Position numbers and translations under genes: made by a program
Notes under the pieces: model-generated
The model's database searches: none
The model's input: the letters and a program-made list of their open reading frames with translations, nothing else
What the model was told of the DNA's origin: nothing
In this document: positions 1 to 10,222 of the stretch, in pieces
Layout: every line of letters starts with the position of its first letter
Numbering within the stretch: position 1 is the first letter of the stretch
Assembly: GCA_050298055.1 (NCBI GenBank)
Contig: JBNKTL010000002.1
Span: 96,001 to 160,000 of the forward strand
DNA length: 64,000 bases
Origin: Spirochaetota bacterium
GTDB taxonomy: Bacteria; Spirochaetota; UBA4802; UBA5550
Direction of reading: 5' to 3'

Positions 1-930
1 GGGTCTGCCAGCGGCTTCCTCTGAACTCCATCCTGTAAGCTCTTCACTGATATAATTGAGGAACTCCACCCTCTCCCGGATATCCGTCGCAATAACACCA
101 TCACCTATACTTCTCAATGTAATAGCAAATTTCTCCCGATCTTCATCTGCTTTTTTCTCTGACTCCTTTCTCTGAGTGATATCCCTTACTGTTGCTAAAA
201 CAGCATCTCTTCTTTCATAGAGTATTTTGTTAAGGTTTATCTCAATATCAAAAGTTGACCTGTCCCCCGGCCTCATGGCTAGCCACTCAAGCTCATGGGG
301 ATTATCATCCAGGACACTTCTCCATATTTCATCCATTTTATCAAACCGGTTTTCGGGAGATGAAAAAGACCGGATATCCCCCTTAAGCGCTTCATCCCGG
401 GTAACTCCAAACATTTTGAGCATTGTTTTGTTTACATCAAGTATCCTGCCATCCACATCAAAGATAAATATTGCGTGGTGACCCGAATTAAAGATATTTC
501 TGAATTTATCCTGGCTTATTTTGTATTCGTTTTCCGCACTTTTTCTCCTCTGGATTTCATCGGTAAGACTTCCAATTTTTTCATTAACAGCATCCCGCAT
601 ATAAGAAAATCCCCTTTCGAGAACACCGATCTCATCATCTTTTACCACCTCAACAGGAACATCCATATTCTGATCAGTAAAAGCTTCTACTGCCTCATTA
701 AGCCGGGAAATCCGTTTGAAAATCATCTTTTCAAAAAGTTTCCTGATGATAATAATTAAAACAATACCGAGCACTCCCAGAATAAAGAAGATCTTCGATT
801 CAAGAGAGCTCCTCTCTTCACTGCTTATCACCAGATATCCGATAAAAACAATAAAGAGGATAATAAAGAAAATTATCCAGCGAATAAATACATTTTCAAT
901 TCTTTTGAGTGGTGCTCTGTTAAATTTCAT
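1..930 (-). CDS. Membrane sensor protein with 2 TM + HAMP + PAS + PAS (likely sensor kinase); 3' part runs off the window
   Basis: Manual minus-strand translation from ATG at 930: MKFNRAPLKRIENVFIRWIIFFIILF..., HAMP-like KRISRLNEAV...DDEIGVLERGFSYMR, PAS FRNIFNSGHHAIFIFDVDGRILDVN, second PAS TLRSIGDGVIATD...LTGW. Not in the ORF track because no stop lies inside the window. Confidence 0.85.
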   Translation of the reverse strand, partial: MKFNRAPLKRIENVFIRWIIFFIILFIVFIGYLVISSEERSSLESKIFFILGVLGIVLIIIIRKLFEKMIFKRISRLNEAVEAFTDQNMDVPVEVVKDDEIGVLERGFSYMRDAVNEKIGSLTDEIQRRKSAENEYKISQDKFRNIFNSGHHAIFIFDVDGRILDVNKTMLKMFGVTRDEALKGDIRSFSSPENRFDKMDEIWRSVLDDNPHELEWLAMRPGDRSTFDIEINLNKILYERRDAVLATVRDITQRKESEKKADEDREKFAITLRSIGDGVIATDIRERVEFLNYISEELTGWSSEEAAGRP

Positions 931-990
931 GTGAGTCACTGATGATATCCCATAGGAAATATGTACAGCAATACTTCTTACTACATTTTA

Positions 991-1020
991 ATTATAGACC
1001 AAAATTTGCGTTAGTGTCAA
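991..1020 (-). promoter_or_regulatory. Sigma70-type promoter for the PAS sensor gene
   Basis: Minus strand reads TTGACA-18 nt-TATAAT, perfect hexamers, 60 nt upstream of the ATG at 930. Confidence 0.6.
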
Positions 1021-1253
1021 TTATATTAAGTACGGGAATGGGCCGGCTCTCATTCCTCCTCCGAGAGGAGAATGGGAAGGGACCGAATGAATAAATTCAA
1101 TTTTTTTAAAAAAGATTCTTACCTCACTTGCAATTTTAAAAAAAATAATTATAATTATGAATAATTTATCGGCCAGGCATGATTCCGGATTATGTCTCAT
1201 ATGACATCAGGTTAAGAGTTCATTCAATTTTAACAAACACCGAGGTAAAAAAA

Positions 1254-1982
1254 ATGAAATCAAAATTCACTTCTCTCTTTCTTATTCTATTCCTTTCAAT
1301 AGTTATCATACCTGACAATTCTTATTCAGCAAAAATGAAAAATGCCATCAAATCGGGTTCCTATATCCCGGGAGACATTGTCTCAATAGAGAGTCTCAGG
1401 TTTCTCCCTGTACCATCTACAAGCAATAACTACAACATATTTCAATCAATTGGAAACATCAGCAATATTATTATTGGAAGGTTTGACGCTGTACCGCAGA
1501 GAATTACTCTTATCCAGGACACGAACGCCGACGGCAAGGTTGATGTTGCAGCACACTGGCTTATTACGGACAAAAAAATCCAGAAAGAAAAAGACCCGGG
1601 AAAATTCTGCAGTGCAGAGAAATTCAGGGAATACAAGGAGAGCATTCTGAAAGGCAACTCGAGCTTTGAAAAGATTGACACCCTAAATCTTTTTGATTAT
1701 CTTCTTAAAGATAAAACAAATATTCGCAGGCAAAAAAACGGTTTCAGAGTCGTCCTGGCAGACATCGACAGCAGGAAAAGAGAAAGGATAATATACTATT
1801 TTGCTAATAATGGGATAAATGGATACGACCTTGTCCTGGAAGTTAAATATTTTAAAAGAAACAGGAGCAGGATAAATCCTCTGATCAGCCACTATGCCTA
1901 CTGTAGGGGAAGCAGGGACTCCTATGTGAAGGAGTTTGTGGACAGGCTGTTAACAAAAACAAATAAAGCATTAAACAGGTAA
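1254..1982 (+). CDS. Exported hypothetical protein
   Basis: SD GAGGT before ATG 1254; signal peptide MKSKFTSLFLILFLSIVII; DTNADGKVD Ca-loop-like motif. Confidence 0.7.
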   Translation: MKSKFTSLFLILFLSIVIIPDNSYSAKMKNAIKSGSYIPGDIVSIESLRFLPVPSTSNNYNIFQSIGNISNIIIGRFDAVPQRITLIQDTNADGKVDVAAHWLITDKKIQKEKDPGKFCSAEKFREYKESILKGNSSFEKIDTLNLFDYLLKDKTNIRRQKNGFRVVLADIDSRKRERIIYYFANNGINGYDLVLEVKYFKRNRSRINPLISHYAYCRGSRDSYVKEFVDRLLTKTNKALNR

Positions 1983-2420
1983 TCAGTTTCCGGTAAAAAA
2001 TTATAAGGGGACCTAAAAAAATAATTTTTCAGGGATACCTGTAATCCTGTACAAAAATATTATTATTTCCACTTTTTTTTGCTTTACTTATTTCGCTGTT
2101 ATCAATCCCATTGCAGATAACTTTTTAAGGGAGAAAGAGAACCGTTTTAAATCTAAATATTCAATTTTTTTCAGGGAAAACCAAGAGAGAAAAACATAAT
2201 TTATTAATTGTAACTTAACAATCCGTTTTTACTCTCCTAATAAAATAACCGATTAAATCAATACAAGAACCGATGTGACGACTTAAGCACAGCAGAGATA
2301 TTTCTAATCACTCCCCTCTGCCTTCACCGGAGGAGACAAGTTATTAATATTTTTATCGGGATGTGTGTTTTTAACCATACTACTGAGTTGTCACAAACCG
2401 ATCTGAAACGAAACTATTAA

Positions 2421-3611
2421 ATGTTTTTTATTATTTCATTTGTAATACTGATACTCATGTACGGCTATGTAGGATGGAAAATTATTCCCCTGGCAAGCCT
2501 CGATTATCCGTATAACTATATTGCCTGGTTGTCACTGCTGCTGATGATAGTTGTGCTCTACCTCCCCCTTTTAATGAGAACAAGAAAAAAAGAATCATTC
2601 TTTTCGGATATTCTCTCCTGGGTAGGATATATGACATTCGGATTTATATCCCTGCTCTTTCTTTACCTTTTTGCAAGGGACCTGATACTGGTAATCGGAT
2701 CAACAGGAACCCGGCTTGCCGGCATTGTCAGAGATATAATGACAAACTCTGCAAGCGGAGTCAATGAATTTGGTGCAACCAGAAGAGAAGCCCTGGTCAG
2801 GGGTTTCAATCACGGTGTCATGTCTTTTACATCACTTCTTTCCGTGTATGGTGTTCATGAGACACGGAAGGTACCGGAAATCAGAGAAATTGAAATACCC
2901 ATAGAGAACCTTCATGATGAGCTTCATGGATTCAGGATCGTTCAGGTTTCCGATATACATGCGGGGCCAACGGTTAAAAAAGAATTCGTGGAGAAGATTG
3001 CAGACAGGGTAAACAGCCTTGACCCTGATATATTTGTCAATACCGGGGATATGATCGACGGGACCGTGGAATATTTACAAAATGATGTCAGGCCACTGGA
3101 AAAGATCCGTTCACGGTATGGTAACTACTTTGTAACCGGAAATCATGAATATTACAACGGTGTTCATGAATGGGTAGAGATGGCGGAAAACCTCGGGATG
3201 AAAACACTTCTCAATGAAAGCGCCAGAATAAAGAAAGGAAATGGCGAGCTTCTCCTGGCAGGGGTCCCCGATTATTCAGGGGAAAAATTCTTTAAAAACC
3301 ACAGGGCCGATCCCGCCCTGGCAATAAAACAGGAAAAAGGGAACGAGATAAAGATCCTCCTTTCTCATCAACCCCGGGCCATATCGGATGCGGCGGCTGC
3401 AGGATATCACCTGCAGATTTCCGGTCATACCCACGGCGGACAATACTTTCCCTGGAACTACCTGGTAAAAAGGGAACAGTCCTACCTGAGGGGACTGCAC
3501 AGGATTGGAAACACCTGGCTCTACGTGAGCAAGGGCACGGGATACTGGGGACCGTTAACGAGAATGGGCGCGCAATCAGAGATAACCCTCATTAAACTCG
3601 TTAAAGCCTGA
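2421..3611 (+). CDS. Membrane-anchored metallophosphoesterase (YkuE/YaeI-like)
   Basis: N-terminal TM helices; motifs SDIH, TGDMID, GNHE, LSHQP, SGHTHGGQ. Confidence 0.92.
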   Translation: MFFIISFVILILMYGYVGWKIIPLASLDYPYNYIAWLSLLLMIVVLYLPLLMRTRKKESFFSDILSWVGYMTFGFISLLFLYLFARDLILVIGSTGTRLAGIVRDIMTNSASGVNEFGATRREALVRGFNHGVMSFTSLLSVYGVHETRKVPEIREIEIPIENLHDELHGFRIVQVSDIHAGPTVKKEFVEKIADRVNSLDPDIFVNTGDMIDGTVEYLQNDVRPLEKIRSRYGNYFVTGNHEYYNGVHEWVEMAENLGMKTLLNESARIKKGNGELLLAGVPDYSGEKFFKNHRADPALAIKQEKGNEIKILLSHQPRAISDAAAAGYHLQISGHTHGGQYFPWNYLVKREQSYLRGLHRIGNTWLYVSKGTGYWGPLTRMGAQSEITLIKLVKA

Positions 3612-3676
3612 TTGCTCAACAAAGAATTCAATTATCAATTGAATAGTACATACTCTATTCTATAATTTTCTTAAAA

Positions 3677-4735
3677 TCAGTTAAAGGTCGCGGTAAATGC
3701 AATCCCCCAGCTTCTGCTTTCAACCTTGTACTTTTCACTCATGACCGGATCATCAATATCCAGTTTTTCCTGATAGTAGTAGAGAGATATCCCCAGCCCC
3801 CAGTTATTCGAAACCCACCACTCTTTACCGATTGAAACAAAATAGCCGATACCGGAGACATCCTGTGTGTCAATAAGATCACCCTTGAATTCTGAAACAA
3901 CAGCACAAACACTCAGCGCAATATAAAAATTAGACGGCATCAGGTAATAGGAAATTCCTAAGCCTAACTGGGAGGAAAAATACTCTGTATTAGCATTTTC
4001 CATTTTTATATCACCCCATGTAACCTCTGATTCAGTAACAGTGATTCCCGCATAATCAAGAAACAGATTTATACTGTTGCCAAAGGAATATCCGAACTGG
4101 GTCCTTATCATTCCGTTGATACCTTTCAAGTGCAAATCACTGCCAATATAATCATCAACTGTAACTTCACCGCCGCCATAACCCCATATCAATCTGAACA
4201 GAAACCCGTCATGTTCATGCGCTCCTTTTGCAGCCTGGCTTCCCTTATTAAGTTTCTTCCTTTTACTCCCCCCCGATCCGGAAGTAGTTACGAAAATGAC
4301 CTTCCCGTTTTTATAGGCTATCTTGCTGACCTGGCCCCGGGGCAGCAGGTCCTTCAGCTGCTTACCTTCGGGTACATATTCGATATATTCACTTGTCATT
4401 CTCACAACAGCACCTCTGAAGACCCTGCCGTCCAGGAGGTATATCTCATCAAATTTCCTCTCCGTCTGCCTGCTTTCTGTTAATTTCTCCGGATCTGCAG
4501 ATTTGCCGTCACCGGAAATAACAACCTCCAGGCCGCTATCATACTTGAGTTTGCTGACACTTTTTCGTTTTAAAATATTAAAGGGAATTTCACCTTCGGG
4601 ATCATATTCGACGCTATTTTCGGTGACCCTGATTATCCTGCCTTTAATTATTTTTCCACTATTGAGATGGATTTCATCTGCATACAGAGTCTGGAGAGAA
4701 AAAAATACCAGTAAGAGAAGAACTGCTTTTTTCAT
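3677..4735 (-). CDS. Outer-membrane beta-barrel protein with two repeated N-terminal domains
   Basis: Signal peptide from ATG 4735; repeats DEIHLNSGKIIKGRII / DEIYLLDGRVFRGAVV; C-terminal amphipathic strands (GKEWWVSNNWGLG) ending ATFN. Confidence 0.7.
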   Translation of the reverse strand: MKKAVLLLLVFFSLQTLYADEIHLNSGKIIKGRIIRVTENSVEYDPEGEIPFNILKRKSVSKLKYDSGLEVVISGDGKSADPEKLTESRQTERKFDEIYLLDGRVFRGAVVRMTSEYIEYVPEGKQLKDLLPRGQVSKIAYKNGKVIFVTTSGSGGSKRKKLNKGSQAAKGAHEHDGFLFRLIWGYGGGEVTVDDYIGSDLHLKGINGMIRTQFGYSFGNSINLFLDYAGITVTESEVTWGDIKMENANTEYFSSQLGLGISYYLMPSNFYIALSVCAVVSEFKGDLIDTQDVSGIGYFVSIGKEWWVSNNWGLGISLYYYQEKLDIDDPVMSEKYKVESRSWGIAFTATFN

Positions 4736-4746
4736 TATGGATACTC

Positions 4747-5022
4747 CTAGTTTCCGGAACAGTATTTTTTTCCGAATGAACCTTCTACACACCTGCCGGA
4801 ACCTATACAGTCCGCATCAATATTACACGGCTTTCCTGTTTTGCCCGATCCGCCGAAATCCCACTCCTTCTTTTTAACGCATACGCCGTCACTGCATTCA
4901 AGCTGTGAACCGCACTCCGCATTATTAACACATTTCTCCCCTTTGCCCTTCCAGCCGGCATTTGAAGATGTAGATATAATCATTATGGAAATGATAAATA
5001 GTGCACATAAGATTTTGTTCAT
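4747..5022 (-). CDS. Secreted cysteine-rich mini-protein (two 4-Cys modules)
   Basis: SD GGGGAG; signal peptide ending SNA; CVNNAECGSQLECSDGVC and CNIDADCIGSGRC...YC. Confidence 0.8.
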   Translation of the reverse strand: MNKILCALFIISIMIISTSSNAGWKGKGEKCVNNAECGSQLECSDGVCVKKKEWDFGGSGKTGKPCNIDADCIGSGRCVEGSFGKKYCSGN

Positions 5023-5259
5023 TATACTCCCCCTTATAAATTTAGTGCTGATGCTGATAAATTATGCCCTTCCAAACATCCTGCTGTTTTCATATAACAA
5101 GAGGTCCCTTGAAATAGGAAAAAAGTGAATGAATACCAGGTATCATGAGTTTTTCTTGAACAGGTTTTATATATTTTAAGAGAGGAAAAATAGTCAACCG
5201 AAAACAAATTATAAAGAAGAAATTAAGGAGATGCCCCTTAATCACAGGTTTTTGTCATA

Positions 5260-5859
5260 TTACAACCTGAATGTTATTCCTCCACTGAGAGTGCAAAAAA
5301 CATCTCCAAACTCAAGAAAGGCGCCAATTTTATCCGTTATAAAATAACGAGCTCCCCCGTAAATCCCCCAGATTGAGTAATTGCCTTTTTCTCTGTCATT
5401 CACCGAGGGAGCACCATCCGGTTCATTAACTTCGGCCTCTGTTATCACATAACCCAGAAAGACTCCCGCGTATGTATCCAGGTCCTTCACCCTGATGAAT
5501 GGCGTAAAATGATAGGCTACACGCGCTCCCAGCAAATAGTATGAGTAAGAATACTCCCATACATAAGTTCCATCGGCAGGCACATTGACTCTGACTCTGT
5601 CCTCATTCCCCGCATAGCCCAAAACTCCTCCGAAGGAGAGGGGTACTTTCGGTTCTTTCTGTATGTTATATTCAACGCTTCCCCATATGAGGGGGATAGT
5701 TATATCACCTGTTGTTTTTCTCAGGTCATCGCCAATACCAAGCTGAACGGTAAAAGAATTGTCCTTGAAAGCGGTGCTGCCGGTATTCCCTGCTTTTAAT
5801 TCTGAAAAGGAATTTAAGGATACAAGAGAGACAACTGTAATGATGAATGTTTTATACAT
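5260..5859 (-). CDS. Small outer-membrane beta-barrel protein
   Basis: Signal peptide from ATG 5859 (MYKTFIITVVSLV); alternating aromatic strands GARVAYHF, GARYFITDKIGAFLEFG; ends GITFRL. Confidence 0.75.
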   Translation of the reverse strand: MYKTFIITVVSLVSLNSFSELKAGNTGSTAFKDNSFTVQLGIGDDLRKTTGDITIPLIWGSVEYNIQKEPKVPLSFGGVLGYAGNEDRVRVNVPADGTYVWEYSYSYYLLGARVAYHFTPFIRVKDLDTYAGVFLGYVITEAEVNEPDGAPSVNDREKGNYSIWGIYGGARYFITDKIGAFLEFGDVFCTLSGGITFRL

Positions 5860-5875
5860 AATAATTAACCTGCTA

Positions 5876-7594
5876 TCAATACCATTTATTTTTTTTGCAC
5901 TGCCCGGTGAAGTTTTTTGCAGTTTTGTATAGTTTACCTTTAAATTTCGCGCGCCTGTAGGCCCTGTATGCAAGTTCAAAGTGCCGGCACGCAGTTTTTC
6001 TCTCCTTAATGTTATAGTAGAGGACTCCTGTATTCAGGAGAAGGTTCCCGTAGGATGATGTATTCTGTAATCCGAGTTTCTCCATGAGTTTTCTTGACTG
6101 CTTGTAGTATGAGAGTCCCTTTTCTCTCTGCTTATTTGACCTGTAGGCGGTCCCCAGGTTCATGAGAAGTTTTGCAAAAGACCGCGTTTCGGTAAGCCCC
6201 AGCTCCCTCCAGATCTTCTCCGATTTCCTGAAAAGGGGTACGGCTTTGTCATACTTTTTCTTCCGCGCGTAAACATTGGCAATATTCATGAGAACAGATC
6301 CATACTCACTGGTTTTGTTCAGCCCCAGCCTCTCCAGAAGTTTTTTTACCTGGAGATAGATCTCCAGGGCCTTGTCTAAATTATTCAGGCTGAAAAAACT
6401 TGTGGCAATGTTGTTAAGGACAAGAGTATAATTATTTGTCCGGGTCATCCCCTGCCTGTCTTTTATCTCTTTTGATTTCATATAGAACTCTAACGCTCTC
6501 CTGTACTTCCCCTTATAAGCATAGGCGATTCCGATGTTGTTCATCAGGGCTGAATAGGCGTTTGAATCCGCTATCTTTAAAAGCTCCATGAGGTCCTTTG
6601 ACCTGAAGTAATAATCAAGGGCCTCGTCAATATCCCCGATATAGCTGTACTGCTGTCCGAGATAAGTAAGGAGTATGGAATAGTCCACACTCTCATTCAG
6701 TTTCAGTTTTTCATAGAGTTCCCGGGACCGGTGGTAATAATTCAAAGCCTCCTTATGTTTTCCCTTTTTCGTTGAAACAGTACCGTATATCCTCAGCATA
6801 TAGGCGTACTTCGCGGAATGAACTTCACCCCGTTTTTTCAATACTTTATCTGCTCTTTTGAGGAATCCAAGGGCTTCTGAAAACCTGTCAAGGGTACTTC
6901 CCGATACATAGGCCGCTTTCAGCAGAGCATCCGTGTAATTGCCGTCAATACCGATGGCTTTTCTGAAAAATGTCATGGCCTTATCAGATTCAACATATCT
7001 GGCCTCAAGCCCCCTGCAATACCACTGGTAAGCCGTAAAAGCGGGTTTATATTTTTTTCTTATTCTCCCGATCTCTTCATTTTTAATGTCAACGGGATCA
7101 ACATTTTTAATTTTTATCTTTTTCGATTCTGTCAGTAACGCCAGTACGACCTGATCCTGCAGGAGAAAGATCTCCCTGAGTTTTCCCCGGAGGGAAATTT
7201 TCTTTTTCAATTCCCCGGTTTTGACCTGGATCAGCTTCACATCGACCCTGACGTCTTCACCGGAGACACGGTAATCACCGGAAAAGACAAGATCAGATCC
7301 TGTAAGACTTCCGATTTTAACCATTACCGCCTCTTGTAAAACACCGGTCTGGCCAAGTTCCATCTCCTTCATGGCTTTTTCTCTGTCTTCATCGGATATC
7401 ACATTGATGCCTCTGATGGAATTGAGGTCAGATATAACCGTATCGGATATTCCATGCGCTATCCAGGAGTAGCTGTCGCTGCCCCTGTTCCGAAAGGGAT
7501 TTACAAGTATATTCAGTTTTTTTGCATGGAGAACTTCCGTTCCGGCAATGAGAAAAAGTGCAAGAATAACCAACACCGAAGATTTTTTTTTCAA
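5876..7594 (-). CDS. Exported FlgO/CsgG/TolB-N-like domain + TPR repeat protein
   Basis: Signal peptide; ILVNPFRN...WIAHGISDTVISDL...EMELGQTG; many repeats of Y..L..NIG..Y. Confidence 0.85.
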   Translation of the reverse strand: MKKKSSVLVILALFLIAGTEVLHAKKLNILVNPFRNRGSDSYSWIAHGISDTVISDLNSIRGINVISDEDREKAMKEMELGQTGVLQEAVMVKIGSLTGSDLVFSGDYRVSGEDVRVDVKLIQVKTGELKKKISLRGKLREIFLLQDQVVLALLTESKKIKIKNVDPVDIKNEEIGRIRKKYKPAFTAYQWYCRGLEARYVESDKAMTFFRKAIGIDGNYTDALLKAAYVSGSTLDRFSEALGFLKRADKVLKKRGEVHSAKYAYMLRIYGTVSTKKGKHKEALNYYHRSRELYEKLKLNESVDYSILLTYLGQQYSYIGDIDEALDYYFRSKDLMELLKIADSNAYSALMNNIGIAYAYKGKYRRALEFYMKSKEIKDRQGMTRTNNYTLVLNNIATSFFSLNNLDKALEIYLQVKKLLERLGLNKTSEYGSVLMNIANVYARKKKYDKAVPLFRKSEKIWRELGLTETRSFAKLLMNLGTAYRSNKQREKGLSYYKQSRKLMEKLGLQNTSSYGNLLLNTGVLYYNIKERKTACRHFELAYRAYRRAKFKGKLYKTAKNFTGQCKKNKWY

Positions 7595-7780
7595 CGGGTT
7601 TCCTCCCCCTTGTGAGATCTCAAGATCCCTACCCTTTCACCCTTTTCATATTAAATCAAGAGTAATTTACACCGGTCAGGTGATTTTTCTGTTTTTTCCT
7701 CATGAGGAATTGTTATTGACGGATAGGTATTTAGTGACTCTCCTATTACCGGCTTCCAATATTTTCGTCCGGGGTATAAC

Positions 7781-9271
7781 ATGAAAAGCATAAAAAAACT
7801 CCTCCTCCATACATCATTGATGATCATGGCCTTCATGGCCTTTTCAACGGGTCTGTCTGCTGCAAAAAAAGTCAACCTGCTTGTTTACCCTTTTGAGTAC
7901 AAAGGACCAAAAAACTATAACTGGCTGACCCGGGGGTTCACGGAAACAGTTCTTTCCGATCTCATGAAGATAAAGAGTTTTAATGTCTTTTCCGAAGCAG
8001 ACAGAAAAAATGCTGTCCGGGAACTTGAGCTCAGCATGGCAGGAGCCCTGGAGGAGAAAGATATTGCGAAAGTAGGAAGTCTTGTGGGAGCAGATATCAT
8101 ATTCACCGGCAGTCTGCAGGTATCGGGGAAAAGGGTAAGGATATCCGCACGTCTTGTAGACGTGAAAAGCGCTCAGCTTGTTAAATCTCTCAAACTGGAT
8201 GGGGCGGTAAAAAATATACTGGATCTGCAGAACAGGATAATTATCGAACTGCTCCGCGGGAAAAAGAAGATCGATATTGCAGATCTCCCCCCCCTGGTTA
8301 TATCCGAAAAAGAAGAGAGAAGCTTACGTAATAAACCGGCAAGGAAGTTCACTGCATACCAGTACTACTCCCTGGGGCTTGAAAACCGGATAACAGACAG
8401 AGTGAAAGCCCTTGAGAATTTCAAAAAAGCCTTCGGGCTGGATCCCCATTACTTTGAAGCCTACCTTGAAGCAAGCCAGACCGCGGGACGGCTCTCGGAA
8501 GAGTATAAAAAAAAGAAAAAAGAGTACACAAAGCTTGAAGAGAATTATCTGGAGGAGGCGGGGGAAATACTCAAAAAAATTAAAAAATGCGAATACAAAT
8601 ACGCATATATCATTATGATGAAGGGAATTGCTCTGGGGAAGCAGCACAGGATAGAGAGAGCACGGAAACTTCTCTTCAAGGCCGGGGAAATATTGAAATG
8701 CCTCGGACAGGAGAGAACAACTAACTATGCCGCTCTTATGCTGAACCTGGGCAACACCTATTTCATGAAGAATAACTATAAAAAAAGCCTCACCTTCTAT
8801 AACAGGTCGAAGGCAATATACAACGAGCTCGGCCTTGAGGAATCCATAGGCTATACCGACACAATGGTAAATATCGGGAATGTTTACTCTGACCGAAAAC
8901 AATACCGAAAGGGACTTGAGTTTTACCGGGAAGCCCACAGGATCATACGCATGCTCCGGAAAAGAAACCCGGAACTCTATGATTCAAGCTATGTGAACAT
9001 CGGAACCATCTACAGGATGATGGACAACTATCCCGAAGCCCTGAAAAATTACAGGAAAGCCGAGGAGATGATCCGGGAGCTTGACAGGGAAGATACCTAT
9101 AAACACGCAACACTTCTGATCAACTTTGCGGCATATCACGAAGAGACGGGGAACAGAAAAAAAGCCGCGAGGATGTACAGAAAGGCATATGCCATTTACA
9201 CGGAACTGGGTTACAGGGGCCCCTTAAAAAAACTTGCCCGGGAGAGAGCGCGGATGAACGAAAGACGGTGA
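7781..9271 (+). CDS. Exported FlgO/CsgG/TolB-N-like domain + TPR repeat protein (paralog of the divergent neighbour)
   Basis: AKKVNLLVYPFE...WLTRGFTETVLSDL...ELELSMAG aligns with 5876..7594; TPRs follow. Confidence 0.85.
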   Translation: MKSIKKLLLHTSLMIMAFMAFSTGLSAAKKVNLLVYPFEYKGPKNYNWLTRGFTETVLSDLMKIKSFNVFSEADRKNAVRELELSMAGALEEKDIAKVGSLVGADIIFTGSLQVSGKRVRISARLVDVKSAQLVKSLKLDGAVKNILDLQNRIIIELLRGKKKIDIADLPPLVISEKEERSLRNKPARKFTAYQYYSLGLENRITDRVKALENFKKAFGLDPHYFEAYLEASQTAGRLSEEYKKKKKEYTKLEENYLEEAGEILKKIKKCEYKYAYIIMMKGIALGKQHRIERARKLLFKAGEILKCLGQERTTNYAALMLNLGNTYFMKNNYKKSLTFYNRSKAIYNELGLEESIGYTDTMVNIGNVYSDRKQYRKGLEFYREAHRIIRMLRKRNPELYDSSYVNIGTIYRMMDNYPEALKNYRKAEEMIRELDREDTYKHATLLINFAAYHEETGNRKKAARMYRKAYAIYTELGYRGPLKKLARERARMNERR

Positions 9272-9310
9272 CAAAGCAACCCGGGATAAAGATCTCGGTG
9301 AGCAGATGAT

Positions 9311-10222
9311 CTAAGAGCTTCCCTTTTTCAGAGAATACCGGTTGACCAGTATTATTGAGACAACAATAAAGAACATCCCTGCCACAGGGAGGAGTTCGGG
9401 ATTTTCCCCGGGCAGTATCAGCCAGCTGAGACCCGCGCCACTTATGGGAATAATAAACTTCCAGATATTTAATTCGGAAACCTTGACCCCCGGCGTTGAG
9501 AGGAGAACAAACCAGATTGAAAATGCCGTGGCCGAAATAAACACAAGCCACGCGAGAGCAAAATAAAAATTCTGACTATGTATTAAAACCGGCCTCCCTT
9601 CAAAAATAATCGAAAGAACAAACAGGAGAAACCCGCCGATAAAAATCTGGGCCGCGTTAAGAACCAGAGGGTTTACCTTTTTGTCCTTTGCCACAATAAT
9701 ATTTCCCATTGCCGAAGAGACTGAACCCACAAGGAGAAACAGCATCCCCGCAAACTCCTTCAACCCGTGTCCTGTCCACGGTTTCCTGCTTATACTCAGT
9801 ATGACCACACCGATAATACCGATGGAAAGGAAGAGTGTCTTTCTGAGGTCCATCTCGTCATCGTCCATTGCATAGTGTGAAGTGATTGCTGTAATCAGCG
9901 GTGCCGAACCAATGAGTATGGCCGCCAGGGCACCGGATATGAATGTCATGGTATAGAAAAAAATGCCGTAAAGCACGAATGTCTGCAGAAAGCCCAGGAT
10001 CAGTATCAGCCTTATATTTGAGGAAACTGTTTTAATAAAGGAAAATAAATTTCCGCAGAACGGGAGAAGCACCAGTCCCGAAAGCATGAACCTGAGCCCT
10101 GAGAAATAAAAGGGGTTCGAGTATTTCAAACCGATTTTTACCGCAACAAAGGCTGTTGACCAGAGAAAACATGCCGCTATTGCCAGGGACGTTATCTTAA
10201 TAAACGACTTTTGCTTCATCAC
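9311..10222 (-). CDS. EamA/DMT family transporter
   Basis: About 10 TM; LWSTAFVAVKIGL...LRF motif; two-repeat EamA layout. Confidence 0.92.
   Translation of the reverse strand: MMKQKSFIKITSLAIAACFLWSTAFVAVKIGLKYSNPFYFSGLRFMLSGLVLLPFCGNLFSFIKTVSSNIRLILILGFLQTFVLYGIFFYTMTFISGALAAILIGSAPLITAITSHYAMDDDEMDLRKTLFLSIGIIGVVILSISRKPWTGHGLKEFAGMLFLLVGSVSSAMGNIIVAKDKKVNPLVLNAAQIFIGGFLLFVLSIIFEGRPVLIHSQNFYFALAWLVFISATAFSIWFVLLSTPGVKVSELNIWKFIIPISGAGLSWLILPGENPELLPVAGMFFIVVSIILVNRYSLKKGSS

Noticed and set aside
2001..2044. IS-end-like inverted repeat after the 1254 gene
   Set aside because: Too degenerate; may be a weak terminator.
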